64,000 nt of DNA from Candidatus Omnitrophota bacterium (GTDB lineage Bacteria > Omnitrophota > Gorgyraeia > Duberdicusellales > 4484-171). The position numbers and the translations under genes were made by a program. The notes under the pieces were generated by a model. It made no database searches. It had not been told where the DNA came from and saw nothing but the letters and a program-made list of their open reading frames with translations. Shown here in pieces: positions 18,330 through 28,548 of the stretch. Where the stretch lies: NCBI GenBank assembly GCA_043823745.1, contig JBDRAN010000003.1:2958-66957 (forward strand), given 5' to 3'. Numbering within the stretch: the stretch's first letter is position 1; every line of letters begins with the position of its first letter.

Positions 18330-21098
18330 ATGGCAAAGAAGTACGTTTATTTTTTCGGCGACGGCAAAGCCGACGGAAACGAAAGCTTGAAAAATCTCTT
18401 AGGGGGCAAAGGGGCCAATCTTGCTGAAATGGCAGGTCATAAGAGCCTGCGCTTACCGGTTCCCCCGGGCTTTACCCTGACCACCGACGTATGCACCTGT
18501 TTTTATGATAACAAACGCACATATCCGAAAGGTCTTCGCGAGGATGTTGCTCGGGCGCTTGCGCGCGTTGAGAAAATCATGGGTAAGGAATTCGGCGGCC
18601 TCGCCAACCCCTTGCTTGTTTCGGTCCGTTCCGGCGCCCGCAAATCAATGCCGGGAATGATGGAAACAGTTTTAAACGTCGGTCTTACCGAAAAGACCAT
18701 TCCGGCGCTCATCAAGCAAACCGGTAATGAGCGTTTTGTCTATGACGCGTACCGGCGCTTGATCGCGATGTATTCTGATGTAGTTATGGAAAAAGCGGCA
18801 GGCATTGAACCTGAAGGCGATGACATGGGCATTCGCAAGCAGCTTGAAAAAATCATGGCCCAAATGAAAAAAGAAAAAAATGTGAAACTTGATACGGACT
18901 TATCCGCCGCTGATTTAAAAATTCTCTGCGGACTCTTTAAGAAAAAAGTCAAAGAAATCTTAAAAAAAGATTTTCCGGATGAGCCCCTGGAACAGCTCTG
19001 GGGCGGCATTTCGGCTGTATTTCTTTCCTGGAACGGCAAACGCGCAATAAGCTACCGCAGAATCGAGAATATTCCTGATGAGTGGGGGACCGCGGTAAAC
19101 GTACAGGCCATGGTCTTCGGCAATATGGGCAATGACTCCGCAACCGGCGTTGCCTTTACCAGAAATCCCGGAAACGGAGAAAATACTTTTTACGGGGAAT
19201 ATCTGGTTAACGCCCAGGGAGAAGACGTTGTCGCCGGCATCCGTACACCTGCTCCAGTCAATGAAAGCTCAAAGAGCGAACACAACAAGGAATTAGTCAG
19301 CCTTGAGAAGGGGATGCCTAAGCTCTACAAACAGCTATATGACATCAGAAACCGCCTGGAGCAGCATTACCGGGATATGCTTGACATCGAATTTACGATC
19401 GAAAAAGGCCGCCTCTTTATGCTTCAGTGCCGGGTCGGAAAACGTAACGGCCCTGCGGCAATACGCATGGCGGTCGATATGCTCAAAGAAAAACTAATTA
19501 GCAAAAACGAAGCGATTATGCGAGTAACTCCTGCGCAGCTTGATGAATTGCTACATCCGATTATCGACCCTAAAGAAGAAGCAACCCGCAAACCTCTCGT
19601 TAAAGGTCTTCCCGCAGGGCCAGGTGGGGCAAACGGCATGATTGTTTTTACGGCGAACGATGCAGTCACATGGGCTAAAGCAGGGAAAAAAGTAATTCTC
19701 GTCAGAGAAGAAACGAACCCTGAAGATGTCGAGGGTATGCGCGCGGCGCAAGCGATTCTTACGGCGCGCGGCGGTATGACTTCGCATGCGGCATTAGTCG
19801 CCCGCGGTTGGGGAAAATGCTGTATCGTCGGTTGCGGCGCACTCCATGTTGAAAGCGAAGCGAAAGTCTTAAAAGCCGGCGATAAAACACTCAAGGAAGG
19901 CGACTGGATTACCTTAAACGGCACCAAAGGAAACGTGTATGAAGGACAATTACGCATGATCGATGCTACTGAGGAAAATAAAGTCCTCATGGAATTTCTT
20001 AAAATCTGCGATGGAGCGCGGAAGCTTAACGTTCGCGCTAACGCCGATACCCCTGAAGATGCCCGAAGAGCCCGATCGTTCGGCGCCGAAGGGATCGGTC
20101 TGTTCAGAACCGAGCATATGTTCTATGGCAAAGGCTCTGAACAGCCCCTCTTTTTACTACGCAAAATGATTGTCTCAAAAAATGAAGCTGAACGTCGCAA
20201 AGCACTTGCCGAACTCTATCCTTTTGTTAAAATTGACATCAAAGGAACACTTGAAGCAATGAAGGACCTTCCGGTTACCATCCGTATGATCGATCCACCG
20301 CTGCATGAGTTTGTTCCGCGTGAAGAAAAACAGCAGAAGGAGTTGGCGCAAAGTTTGAATATCGACTTGGATGAATTCAAAAAACGGGCTGACGCGCTGC
20401 ACGAATCAAACCCGATGATGGGTCACCGCGGCGTACGCCTCGGCGTAACCTATCCGGAAATCACCGAAATGCAAATTCGCGCTATCCTTGAATCAGCGGC
20501 GGAGCTCCTTGCGCAAGGTATTAAGGTTGACGCGGAAATCATGATTCCGGTAGTCAGCACCGTTAAAGAATTACATGACCAGCTCGTTATTGCCAAAAAG
20601 ATTTATCAAGAGGTGCTTAAAAAATACTCTTTAAAGAAAATCAACCACATGTTCGGCACCATGATCGAGATCCCGCGAGCCGCGCTAACCGCGGATGAGA
20701 TAGCGGGTGTGGCGGAATTTTTCTCATTCGGCACCAACGACCTTACCCAAATGAGTTTTGGCTTTTCTCGCGACGATATGGGAGGATTTTTTCCTGCGTA
20801 CATGGAAAAGGGAATACTCCCCGATGATCCGTTCCAGACTATCGACCAACAAGGCATCGGCCAATTGATCAAAATTGGTATTGAGCGGGGCAGAAGCACC
20901 CGCAAGAACCTGAAAGTAGGTATTTGCGGCGAACACGGGGGAGACCCCCGTTCCATTGAATTCTGCCACGCGGTAGGCATGAATTACGTTTCCTGCTCGC
21001 CCTTCCGGGTTCCTATTGCGCGACTCGCTGCGGCGCAGGCTGCTCTTAAGGAAGCACACGCGAAGGGTTCAACGAAGAAAAAATCTAAGAAAAAATAG
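18330..21098 (+). CDS. ppdK: pyruvate, phosphate dikinase
   Basis: LLGGKGANLAEM, GGMTSHAA (phospho-His), GICGEHGGDP. Confidence 0.98.
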   Translation: MAKKYVYFFGDGKADGNESLKNLLGGKGANLAEMAGHKSLRLPVPPGFTLTTDVCTCFYDNKRTYPKGLREDVARALARVEKIMGKEFGGLANPLLVSVRSGARKSMPGMMETVLNVGLTEKTIPALIKQTGNERFVYDAYRRLIAMYSDVVMEKAAGIEPEGDDMGIRKQLEKIMAQMKKEKNVKLDTDLSAADLKILCGLFKKKVKEILKKDFPDEPLEQLWGGISAVFLSWNGKRAISYRRIENIPDEWGTAVNVQAMVFGNMGNDSATGVAFTRNPGNGENTFYGEYLVNAQGEDVVAGIRTPAPVNESSKSEHNKELVSLEKGMPKLYKQLYDIRNRLEQHYRDMLDIEFTIEKGRLFMLQCRVGKRNGPAAIRMAVDMLKEKLISKNEAIMRVTPAQLDELLHPIIDPKEEATRKPLVKGLPAGPGGANGMIVFTANDAVTWAKAGKKVILVREETNPEDVEGMRAAQAILTARGGMTSHAALVARGWGKCCIVGCGALHVESEAKVLKAGDKTLKEGDWITLNGTKGNVYEGQLRMIDATEENKVLMEFLKICDGARKLNVRANADTPEDARRARSFGAEGIGLFRTEHMFYGKGSEQPLFLLRKMIVSKNEAERRKALAELYPFVKIDIKGTLEAMKDLPVTIRMIDPPLHEFVPREEKQQKELAQSLNIDLDEFKKRADALHESNPMMGHRGVRLGVTYPEITEMQIRAILESAAELLAQGIKVDAEIMIPVVSTVKELHDQLVIAKKIYQEVLKKYSLKKINHMFGTMIEIPRAALTADEIAGVAEFFSFGTNDLTQMSFGFSRDDMGGFFPAYMEKGILPDDPFQTIDQQGIGQLIKIGIERGRSTRKNLKVGICGEHGGDPRSIEFCHAVGMNYVSCSPFRVPIARLAAAQAALKEAHAKGSTKKKSKKK

Positions 21099-21110
21099 AA
21101 CGAGTCATCA

Positions 21111-21144
21111 CGCTAAGCGCATACACGCGTATGCGCTTAGCGTA
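21111..21144. terminator. strong hairpin after ppdK (terminator or processing site)
   Basis: ACGCTAAGCGCATAC-ACGC-GTATGCGCTTAGCGT; no U-tract. Confidence 0.45.
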
Positions 21145-21158
21145 ATTTAGAAAAGCCT

Positions 21159-21983
21159 ATGGAAGCAATAAAAGCATACCTCGACAGAATCAAGCATATT
21201 CCTGTTCTCACCGAGAAGGAAGAAATACTTCTTATCAATCAGGCCAAAAAAGGCAACCGCGAAGCACGGCGTAAAATCATTAACTCAAACTTAAAGCTTG
21301 TCGTTAATATCGGTAAACATTATGCTCATTTTGATTTACCCCTCATGGATCTGATCGCTGAAGGAAATATCGGCCTCATGCGCGCGATCGATAAATTCAA
21401 CACCACCCGTGGCTACCGTTTTTCAACCTACGCCGCATGGTGGATTCGCCAGGGGATCACCCGCGCGATCATTGACCAGGGAAAAACTATCCGTATTCCG
21501 GTTTATATGAGCGAACTTATTTCTAAGTACAAGAAACAGCGAGAAGCGATCTGGCAAAAGTCAAAAAGCGAACCGTCGCGCGAGGAGATCGCCAAGAAAC
21601 TGCGTCTTCCCATGGAAAAAGTCGGCGAAATTGAAATGTGGATACAGAAAAAAGCTTCCCTGGAGGCTCCGGTCGGAGAAGATGGGGAATCGCAGCTGGG
21701 CGATTTCCTCGAAAGCAAGGACTATGCGGATACCGAGCACGAAGTGGCAAAATTCTTCGATCGGGAACGTGTCAACCACTTACTTGATTTTGTTTCCGAG
21801 CGCGAACGTAAAGTTCTTGATCTGCGATTCGGCATCACCGACGGCCGAACGCACACGCTGGCTGAAGTCGCCACGTCTCTGGCCGTATCGCGCGAACGTG
21901 TGCGTCAGATAGAAAAGGATGCGCTTGATAAATTAAGGAAATTCGCCACCGAAGAACAGAAACGAGAATTACAATCCCCTTAA
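21159..21983 (+). CDS. RpoD/RpoS-like sigma-70 factor lacking region 1.1
   Basis: NLKLVV, DLIAEGNIGL, FSTYAAWWIRQ, SRERVRQIE. Confidence 0.93.
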   Translation: MEAIKAYLDRIKHIPVLTEKEEILLINQAKKGNREARRKIINSNLKLVVNIGKHYAHFDLPLMDLIAEGNIGLMRAIDKFNTTRGYRFSTYAAWWIRQGITRAIIDQGKTIRIPVYMSELISKYKKQREAIWQKSKSEPSREEIAKKLRLPMEKVGEIEMWIQKKASLEAPVGEDGESQLGDFLESKDYADTEHEVAKFFDRERVNHLLDFVSERERKVLDLRFGITDGRTHTLAEVATSLAVSRERVRQIEKDALDKLRKFATEEQKRELQSP

Positions 21984-21996
21984 GAAAGGAGCCCTC

Positions 21997-22518
21997 ATGA
22001 AACTCGAACAATCAATACGCAGTATCCCTGACTTTCCCAAAAAAGGAATTCTATTCCGCGATATAACCACGCTCTTAAATAACAAAAAGGCCTTCAAGGC
22101 TGCCATTGACGGGCTAACCAAGGCACTCAAGGGTAAAAAAATTGAATATATCGTCGCAGCGGAATCTCGTGGCTTTATCTTTGGCGGGGCACTCGCATAC
22201 AAGCTTGGCTGCGGTTTTGTCCCGGTACGTAAACCAGGTAAATTACCCGGACCGACACAATCCTATACCTATGAGCTTGAATATGGAAAAGATGCTCTTG
22301 AAATCCATCGGGACGCGTTTCCCCGTAATGCGCGTGTCTTAGCCCTTGATGATCTGCTGGCCACCGGGGGAACAGCCACCGCACTTATAAAGCTTTCAGA
22401 AAAACTGGGAGCAAAAGTGGTTGCAGTCGCTTTTCTTATTGAACTGGTTGATCTTAAAGGCCGCGAGAAATTCAAAGGCTATCCCATTTATTCCATGATA
22501 AAATTTAAGGGCGCCTAG
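21997..22518 (+). CDS. apt: adenine phosphoribosyltransferase
   Basis: PDFPKKGILFRDIT, ESRGF, RKPGKLP, DDLLATGGT. Confidence 0.97.
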   Translation: MKLEQSIRSIPDFPKKGILFRDITTLLNNKKAFKAAIDGLTKALKGKKIEYIVAAESRGFIFGGALAYKLGCGFVPVRKPGKLPGPTQSYTYELEYGKDALEIHRDAFPRNARVLALDDLLATGGTATALIKLSEKLGAKVVAVAFLIELVDLKGREKFKGYPIYSMIKFKGA

Positions 22519-22931
22519 TCTTTACCTCGTTAGAGAAAACCGCCGCCATTAAAGATTCATATGAGAATTTTAAAAAAGCATATCTTCTTTTACATGAACT
22601 TTTAGATGAGGTTAAGCCAGCGGAATTAAATAGTAGAATTTTTGCCGCTGCTTTAATGATAGTAGGCGGCATTCTTACCTGGGCTTATGGAAATTATTGG
22701 ATTTAATTTGGCAAATTATCCTTTCTATTCCGCGACATTAACGTAAAATCCTACCGTAGTCTCTGTTCTATAGCATTAAAGTCTTGCTAGATTTTTATTG
22801 GTAGTTAATTCGTTTTATTACTCTTGAGCAACCTCTGTCAGACGATATTATTTATTCGTCGATTTTATCTTTTGCCTCCAATACATATGAGGAGGACATT
22901 TTAATTGACATTGCATTTTTTTTTGCTATTA

Positions 22932-22954
22932 TAAATAGAAGTAATTTCTATTTA
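22932..22954. promoter_or_regulatory. Zur/Fur-type operator (autoregulatory)
   Basis: TAAATAGAAGTAATTTCTATTTA palindrome downstream of TTGACA (22905); resembles the Bacillus Zur box TAAATCGTAATNATTACGATTTA. Confidence 0.8.
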
Positions 22955-22965
22955 AGGAGGCAGTA

Positions 22966-23379
22966 TTGGATCAGTTTTTGGAAAAACTCAAAGAAGGCGG
23001 GTTTAAGCTCACGCCGCGCAGGCAGGCAATAATAGAGCTTTTTGTCGATTGCGACACCCACCTGACCCCCGAAGAAGTCTGGAATAAGCTTCAGAAGCAG
23101 TTTGAGCGATGCGGCCTTCCAAGTGTTTACCGTAACCTTGAAAGCCTTGTTGAGTGCGGCGTATTGACAAGGATCCAGCAGTCTGACCGTAAAAAGCACT
23201 ATGGGTTATGCTCAGCAAGCCACGGCCATCACCACCATCATATTACCTGTGTTAAATGCGGCAAAGTAGAGGATATAAAAGGCTGCGCTATCGATGGAGC
23301 GAAGAAAATCAAGGGGTATAAGGTGGTGAGTCATTTTATGCAGGTTAACGGCGTATGTGTCGGTTGTTCTAAAGAGTAA
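22966..23379 (+). CDS. zur: Fur-family regulator, probably Zur
   Basis: TPRRQAI, SVYRNL, HHHHHITCVKCG, CVGC; TTG start after AAGGAGG. Confidence 0.8.
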   Translation: MDQFLEKLKEGGFKLTPRRQAIIELFVDCDTHLTPEEVWNKLQKQFERCGLPSVYRNLESLVECGVLTRIQQSDRKKHYGLCSASHGHHHHHITCVKCGKVEDIKGCAIDGAKKIKGYKVVSHFMQVNGVCVGCSKE

Positions 23380-23393
23380 TTTTTTTTAAATTC

Positions 23394-23416
23394 TAAATAG
23401 AAATTACTTCTATCTA
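23394..23416. promoter_or_regulatory. second Zur/Fur-type operator
   Basis: TAAATAGAAATTACTTCTATCTA is the reverse complement of the first box with one mismatch. Confidence 0.8.
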
Positions 23417-23546
23417 ATGTGTGCTAATACTGCGGGAACACCGGCTTATGTGGGTTGTTTTATAGCGTTGTTATATTGAAAATGTGGCAATGGATCGCCG
23501 CGCTATGCAAAAGCGTGCGCAAGGAAATTGAGAAGGGACAGCTTAA

Positions 23547-24182
23547 ATGTTTTCAAAAATAATTCATGAATTAAAGGCGCATGCCCCATTTACTTTATTT
23601 GGCGCTTCAACGGGTATCGTTCTGATGTTTGTGTTTCGCAATATACCCCATGAAGCGACTCACAATCTGTTCTATGTATTTCATCCGCTTCATATTTGCT
23701 TAAGCGCTGTTGTTACAACAGCGCTTTATAGAAGATATCTTTCCGATGAGGCACCGGGAATAAAGATGTTTTTGAAAGTGTTTGCGGTTGGTTATGTGGG
23801 TTCAGTGACTATCGGGACATTAAGTGATTCCTTGATCCCTTTTTGGGGCGAGACGTTGCTTAATATGCCTCATCGGCATGTTCATATTGGCTTTGTCGAG
23901 AAATGGTGGCTAATCAATCCCCTTGCGATTATCGCGATTATCATTGCCTATAATAAGCCGGTAACGAAATTTCCGCATGCCGGACATGTTCTTATCAGCA
24001 CGTGGGCATCGCTATTTCATATGCTGATGGCGGTTGACCACGATCACGCGGTGCCGTATTTCGGCATATTCATTTTTTTGTTTTTAGCGGTATGGATACC
24101 CTGCTGTTTCAGCGATATCGTTTTTCCTTTATTGTTCGTGCGGAATAAAAATGTCCCGGTTTCCTGCGGGCAGTGTAAATAA
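23547..24182 (+). CDS. His-rich inner membrane protein, putative metal permease
   Basis: about 6 TM segments; HAPFT, FHPLH, PHAGH, PCCFSD. Confidence 0.7.
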   Translation: MFSKIIHELKAHAPFTLFGASTGIVLMFVFRNIPHEATHNLFYVFHPLHICLSAVVTTALYRRYLSDEAPGIKMFLKVFAVGYVGSVTIGTLSDSLIPFWGETLLNMPHRHVHIGFVEKWWLINPLAIIAIIIAYNKPVTKFPHAGHVLISTWASLFHMLMAVDHDHAVPYFGIFIFLFLAVWIPCCFSDIVFPLLFVRNKNVPVSCGQCK

Positions 24183-24213
24183 CGGTTTAACTAAGAGGAG
24201 GAGAGAGGTGAGT

Positions 24214-26277
24214 ATGAGGAAAAGTTTTGGTCTTGTGACCGCGGCACTTATTTCGTCGCAAAGTATTTTAGGCAATATTGCATTCGCCCAGACAACCGTG
24301 TTTGATTTAGGGCAGGTGGTTGTTTCTGAAGACAAAGATAAAGAAGAAAAGCTGACCATCGAAGAAAAGACGAAGATCAGCCAGAGAACGCTTAAGTCTC
24401 ACAAGGTCGTTGACCTCGCCGAGATATTATCGGATGAGATGGTCGAGGCTTCCATGGTTCGTAAGAGCGGCTATGGCAACGAGGTCGGATTAAGAGGTTT
24501 CACTAAGAGCAATCTGCGGTTTACTTTGGATAATACGCTGATTGAGGGTTCCTGCGGAAGCCGCAAGGACCCGCCGCTTTCTCATATCAACTTGTTGACT
24601 ATAAAGAGAATAGAAGTTAAACAAGGGCCTTATGATGTCAGCGTTCCCGGAGCTTTGGGAGGCGATATCAACGTTATCACAAAAGAAACCCAAAAAGGCA
24701 TCCACGGAGAGGTGCTTTCGAAGTTTGGTTCTTTCGGTTATTTAAGTCAAGGCGGATATGTGACTGGAGGAGGTGATTTTTTACAGGGGTTGTTCGGATA
24801 CAATTATTCTAAATCCGGGCAATATAAAGACGGCGCCGGAAACAAGTTGAGCAGTTTTAACCCGGCTTACAATGATGACGGCAAAAGCATGGATGCTTTC
24901 AAGAAGAATGATTTCTGGGGCAAGGTTTCACTCAAACCCGCCGAAAATCAAAACTTGCTTCTTTCGTCGTCGTATGGCGAGGCCAGCGATATCATGACGC
25001 CTCGTGTTGCCATGGATACCGAAAAGGAAAAGACGTATCTTAATAAGGTCGAATATACGTTCGATGATCTTAGTTCTATTTCCGAGCAATTGAAGCTGTC
25101 TGCCTACTATAACCGCGTTGAACATTATCCTTACGGTAAATATAGGACAGGGGGCGTTAACAACCGAAGAATAGAGGCGATTTCAGCGATTACCGGTGCG
25201 CAAATTGAGAATAAAACACCCAGCGAGTTGGCCGTTTTTACCTACGGGACTGACTTTTATCATCGGAATTGGTACGGCGATGTATTTAACAGGAGTACCG
25301 GAGCAATAGTAAACGATGAATTGTTCCCGGATGTCAACGAGCTTGATTTCGGGTTATATGTTAAGGCAGAGCGGGATATTGGTAAGCTGTCCGCGACTGC
25401 TGGGCTACGAATGGATGTTTTTCATTCAAAGGCAAACGAGGATTCAAAATTCAGCAAGGCCATGACCGATACTAACGCGCAGACTGATGTTTTACCCAGC
25501 GCGAACGTGTTTTTGAAATATTTTTTACAGGAGGATACGAATATTTTCGGCGGGGTCGGATTAACGAACCGTATGCCTACGACAGTTGAGCGCTATGTTC
25601 AGGAAGGCGCTGGGTATTATGGCAACCCAGATCTTAAGCCGTCGCGCAATCTTGAAACCGATCTTGGATTTGAAACCAAACTTATGGAGCGGTTGAAATT
25701 CAAAACAAAAGGTTTTTACAGCTATCTGCCTGATTATATCTATCAGCAGGCAAGTGGCGGCGTCAAAACTTATACGAATATCGACGCCTATATGTTTGGA
25801 GGCGACGCGACAGCTACGTATGACTTGTCGCAGGGTTTCGCGGTCGAAGGCGGAGTGGCCTATCAGCGCGGCAGGAAGCTCGACCAACCGGCAGGAAACA
25901 ACGATAAGGATCTGGCTGAAATTTGCCCGCTTAAGACAAAACTCGCCTTGAATTACGATAAGAATGGTTTCTTTGCTAAATATGAGTGGGTGCATTCCGA
26001 ACAAAGTAAAGATATTGACCGTGACGCTGGAGAAACGCCTCTTAAAGGATGGGATGTGTTTAACTTCAGGGCGGGGTATCAATTTACCGAGAAGGAAGGT
26101 AAGCTGTCGCTCTTAAGCGGACTCAGCCTGAACTTCGGCATTGACAACATGTTTGATATGAAATACGCGGTGGCGAATTCCTATGAATACGACCCGACTG
26201 ATCCTATCGGAACGAATATCAAGATAGTCAATGAGCCGGGCAGGTTTATCTACGGCAGTTTATCATACCGGTTTTAA
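24214..26277 (+). CDS. TonB-dependent receptor, OprC/NosA-like plug
   Basis: signal peptide; GSCGSRKDPP, IEVKQGP, GG-x-IN, NPDLKP; terminal YRF. Confidence 0.9.
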   Translation: MRKSFGLVTAALISSQSILGNIAFAQTTVFDLGQVVVSEDKDKEEKLTIEEKTKISQRTLKSHKVVDLAEILSDEMVEASMVRKSGYGNEVGLRGFTKSNLRFTLDNTLIEGSCGSRKDPPLSHINLLTIKRIEVKQGPYDVSVPGALGGDINVITKETQKGIHGEVLSKFGSFGYLSQGGYVTGGGDFLQGLFGYNYSKSGQYKDGAGNKLSSFNPAYNDDGKSMDAFKKNDFWGKVSLKPAENQNLLLSSSYGEASDIMTPRVAMDTEKEKTYLNKVEYTFDDLSSISEQLKLSAYYNRVEHYPYGKYRTGGVNNRRIEAISAITGAQIENKTPSELAVFTYGTDFYHRNWYGDVFNRSTGAIVNDELFPDVNELDFGLYVKAERDIGKLSATAGLRMDVFHSKANEDSKFSKAMTDTNAQTDVLPSANVFLKYFLQEDTNIFGGVGLTNRMPTTVERYVQEGAGYYGNPDLKPSRNLETDLGFETKLMERLKFKTKGFYSYLPDYIYQQASGGVKTYTNIDAYMFGGDATATYDLSQGFAVEGGVAYQRGRKLDQPAGNNDKDLAEICPLKTKLALNYDKNGFFAKYEWVHSEQSKDIDRDAGETPLKGWDVFNFRAGYQFTEKEGKLSLLSGLSLNFGIDNMFDMKYAVANSYEYDPTDPIGTNIKIVNEPGRFIYGSLSYRF

Positions 26278-26286
26278 GAGAGGACA

Positions 26287-26886
26287 ATGATGGCGAATTT
26301 TATTATTAAAGGCGGGTTTTTTATATGGCCGATTCTATTGTGTTCTGTTGTTTCGTTAGCGGTGATATTGGAGCGGCTTCGCTATTTTCACCGGACATGC
26401 GCCAGAAATAAGAATCTGCCTGAGCGGACGCAGGCGCTTATTAATTCCAAGAAGCCCGACGAAGCGTACGCGCTATGCGAAAAAGACGGAAGTTTTATCG
26501 GGCGTTTTCTGGCGGTCGGCATCAAGATCATTGACCGTCCGGCAGAGGAAAAAGGCAAGATACTTCGCCGCGCCGGATCCCGGGAGCTTGAAGAAGGCGA
26601 AAAGCATTTGAGAATTCTTTCCGTGATCGGGAATATCGCCACTTTGCTGGGGTTATTAGGTACCGTCACCGGGATGATTCAAACCTTTATTAAAATTGAG
26701 TCTTCCGGAGGGACAGCAGAAGTCGCCATACTGGCCGGTGGCATATGGGAGGCGCTTCTTACGACCGCGGCAGGGTTAAGCGTGGCTATTCCAACCCTTG
26801 TTTTGTATCACTATTTTGAAGGGATCGTTGACGGCCGCGCGGTACAGTATAAAAACATAGCCGCGGATATATTTAATCTGCATTAG
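26287..26886 (+). CDS. exbB: ExbB/MotA/TolQ proton channel
   Basis: LLGLLGTVTGMI, GIWEALLTTAAGL. Confidence 0.92.
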   Translation: MMANFIIKGGFFIWPILLCSVVSLAVILERLRYFHRTCARNKNLPERTQALINSKKPDEAYALCEKDGSFIGRFLAVGIKIIDRPAEEKGKILRRAGSRELEEGEKHLRILSVIGNIATLLGLLGTVTGMIQTFIKIESSGGTAEVAILAGGIWEALLTTAAGLSVAIPTLVLYHYFEGIVDGRAVQYKNIAADIFNLH

Positions 26887-26901
26887 TTATGGGAGGTCGC
26901 A

Positions 26902-27327
26902 TTGAGTTCATTTGAATTGGAGCGGCGAAGGCGCGCGGATAACAATTTAAATATCGCCCCTTTGATCGATATAGTTTTTTTGCTTCTGATTTTCTTTGTG
27001 TTTTCATCTCATTTTATATCACACAAAGGATTCAAGGTAAAACTGCCCAAGGCAGTGCATGCCCAGATGCAGAAAAACGAACAAGTGACGGTTTTTATCA
27101 ATAAGGAAGGCGATATTTTTTTGAATGACGCAAAGGTTCAGTTTGATAATCTTACGGCGTCAATCAGGTCTGAGTTAAGCCGGGCAAATTCAAAGACAGT
27201 AGTTATCAAGGCCGACGAGAATGTTTCATTGGGATTAGCCGTCAAGGTGATGGATAACGCCAAGGAGGCAAACACGGACAGCCTTGTGATATCCACTAAA
27301 ACGGCAAACGATGAAAAAAATAAATGA
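26902..27327 (+). CDS. exbD: ExbD/TolR
   Basis: NIAPLIDIVFLLLIFF, IKAD. Confidence 0.92.
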   Translation: MSSFELERRRRADNNLNIAPLIDIVFLLLIFFVFSSHFISHKGFKVKLPKAVHAQMQKNEQVTVFINKEGDIFLNDAKVQFDNLTASIRSELSRANSKTVVIKADENVSLGLAVKVMDNAKEANTDSLVISTKTANDEKNK

Positions 27328-27901
27328 TCTGCATGCCTGTATTCTTATCTCGCTTACCGTGCATACCGGACTCGTCGGATCCGGCGTTTTCCATTTTAAT
27401 CCTGTTAAACAAGAAAAGCCTTTTGAGGTCGCATTTGAAGTCGAAGAAGAAATATTGCCTGAGCAATATGAGGTTAAAGAAGAAAAAAAAATAGAAAGTC
27501 CGGTTCTTGAAAAGGAAGAGGTTATTGAGCCGGTACCGGAGGAATCAATAGCCGAACAACCTCCGGAACCTAAAGAAAGCGATGATGAGCTTAAAAAATC
27601 CCTTCTTAGATATCAAGACAGCATCAAGCAGAAAATCCAACAGGAGAGGCAGTATCCTCGATGGGCGCTTCGCGTAGGGCAACAAGGGGATGCGCGGATA
27701 ACTTTTTCTGTTTTATCCTCCGGCCAGATGAAGAATTTGAAACTACTTAAATCATCCGGTTTTGAGGAGCTTGATAAAGAAGCATTGGATGCTGTTAAGC
27801 GCGCTAACCCGTTTTTGTCATTTCCTGAAGCATTTAAGGATGATATAATAACTATTGAGTTGGACATTGTTTTTCATATTACAAACAAATCGACTGATTA
27901 G
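27311..27901 (+). CDS. tonB: TonB energy transducer
   Basis: S-x-x-x-H TM anchor, acidic/Pro linker, YP-x-x-A, SSG...LD-x-x-A. Confidence 0.9.
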   Translation: MKKINDLHACILISLTVHTGLVGSGVFHFNPVKQEKPFEVAFEVEEEILPEQYEVKEEKKIESPVLEKEEVIEPVPEESIAEQPPEPKESDDELKKSLLRYQDSIKQKIQQERQYPRWALRVGQQGDARITFSVLSSGQMKNLKLLKSSGFEELDKEALDAVKRANPFLSFPEAFKDDIITIELDIVFHITNKSTD

Positions 27902-28137
27902 CTTACGCTATCTTTTAGAATAGGTTTTTAACTATATATAAAAACCTTGCCCTTCATTCATTTTCTTATATAATCGAACATTAAGGAACGCAGCCGAACT
28001 AGGCTGCGTACTTACTTAGTGTAGTGAAAACGTCAGTGGTTTTGGTCAAAATAGTCCAATTTCCTACAAAATACTACAAAATGAGCAAACGCGAAATCAT
28101 AGTAAAAACCTAACAAAATCAATATAAATTACCGTTT

Positions 28138-28210
28138 GCCCCTATAGCTCAAAAGGATAGAGCGCGGCCCTCCTAAGGCTGAAATCCCTGTTCGATTCAG
28201 GGTGGGGGCA
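28138..28210 (+). tRNA. tRNA-Arg (anticodon CCT); CCA not encoded
   Basis: acceptor GCCCCTA/TGGGGGC, anticodon arm CGGCC-CTCCTAA-GGCTG, T-loop TTCGATT. Confidence 0.95.
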
Positions 28211-28380
28211 GTTTGATTTTGCCCCTGCAAAATCAAACAGAGCAATTGAGCAATCGAAAATAGAACAATAGAAAAAATAAAAGCTCCATTGCGACCGAGG
28301 ACGTAATGTCCGAGGGAGTGCCGAGGCCTCCGGACGAAGCCGGTCTAATGTTCAATTGTTCGATTGTTCAAAACTAATAT

Positions 28381-28452
28381 ACGGCATTTATATCTGAAAA
28401 ACTCTCTGTTTATTAAAAGGCTATTGGCTTCGCTGAAAAATTCTTCTCCTGC
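28381..28452 (+). pseudogene. remnant of a four-helix-bundle (23S IVS-type) protein N-terminus
   Basis: reads TAFISEKLSVY*KAIGFAEKFF, cf. the family start MAF-x-FEKL-x-VYQKA; start and Gln codons apparently mutated. Confidence 0.45.
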
Positions 28453-28488
28453 GCTCTACGCTATGCGATACACGAATAGATAAAAAAC

Positions 28489-28517
28489 TTGACAAGAAAA
28501 TTTGCCTGGGATATAAT
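28489..28517 (+). promoter_or_regulatory. sigma-70 promoter of the B12 operon
   Basis: TTGACA-N17-TATAAT. Confidence 0.85.
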
Positions 28518-28548
28518 CCAGTTGCTCTTTAAAATTTAGAAGCAAACG

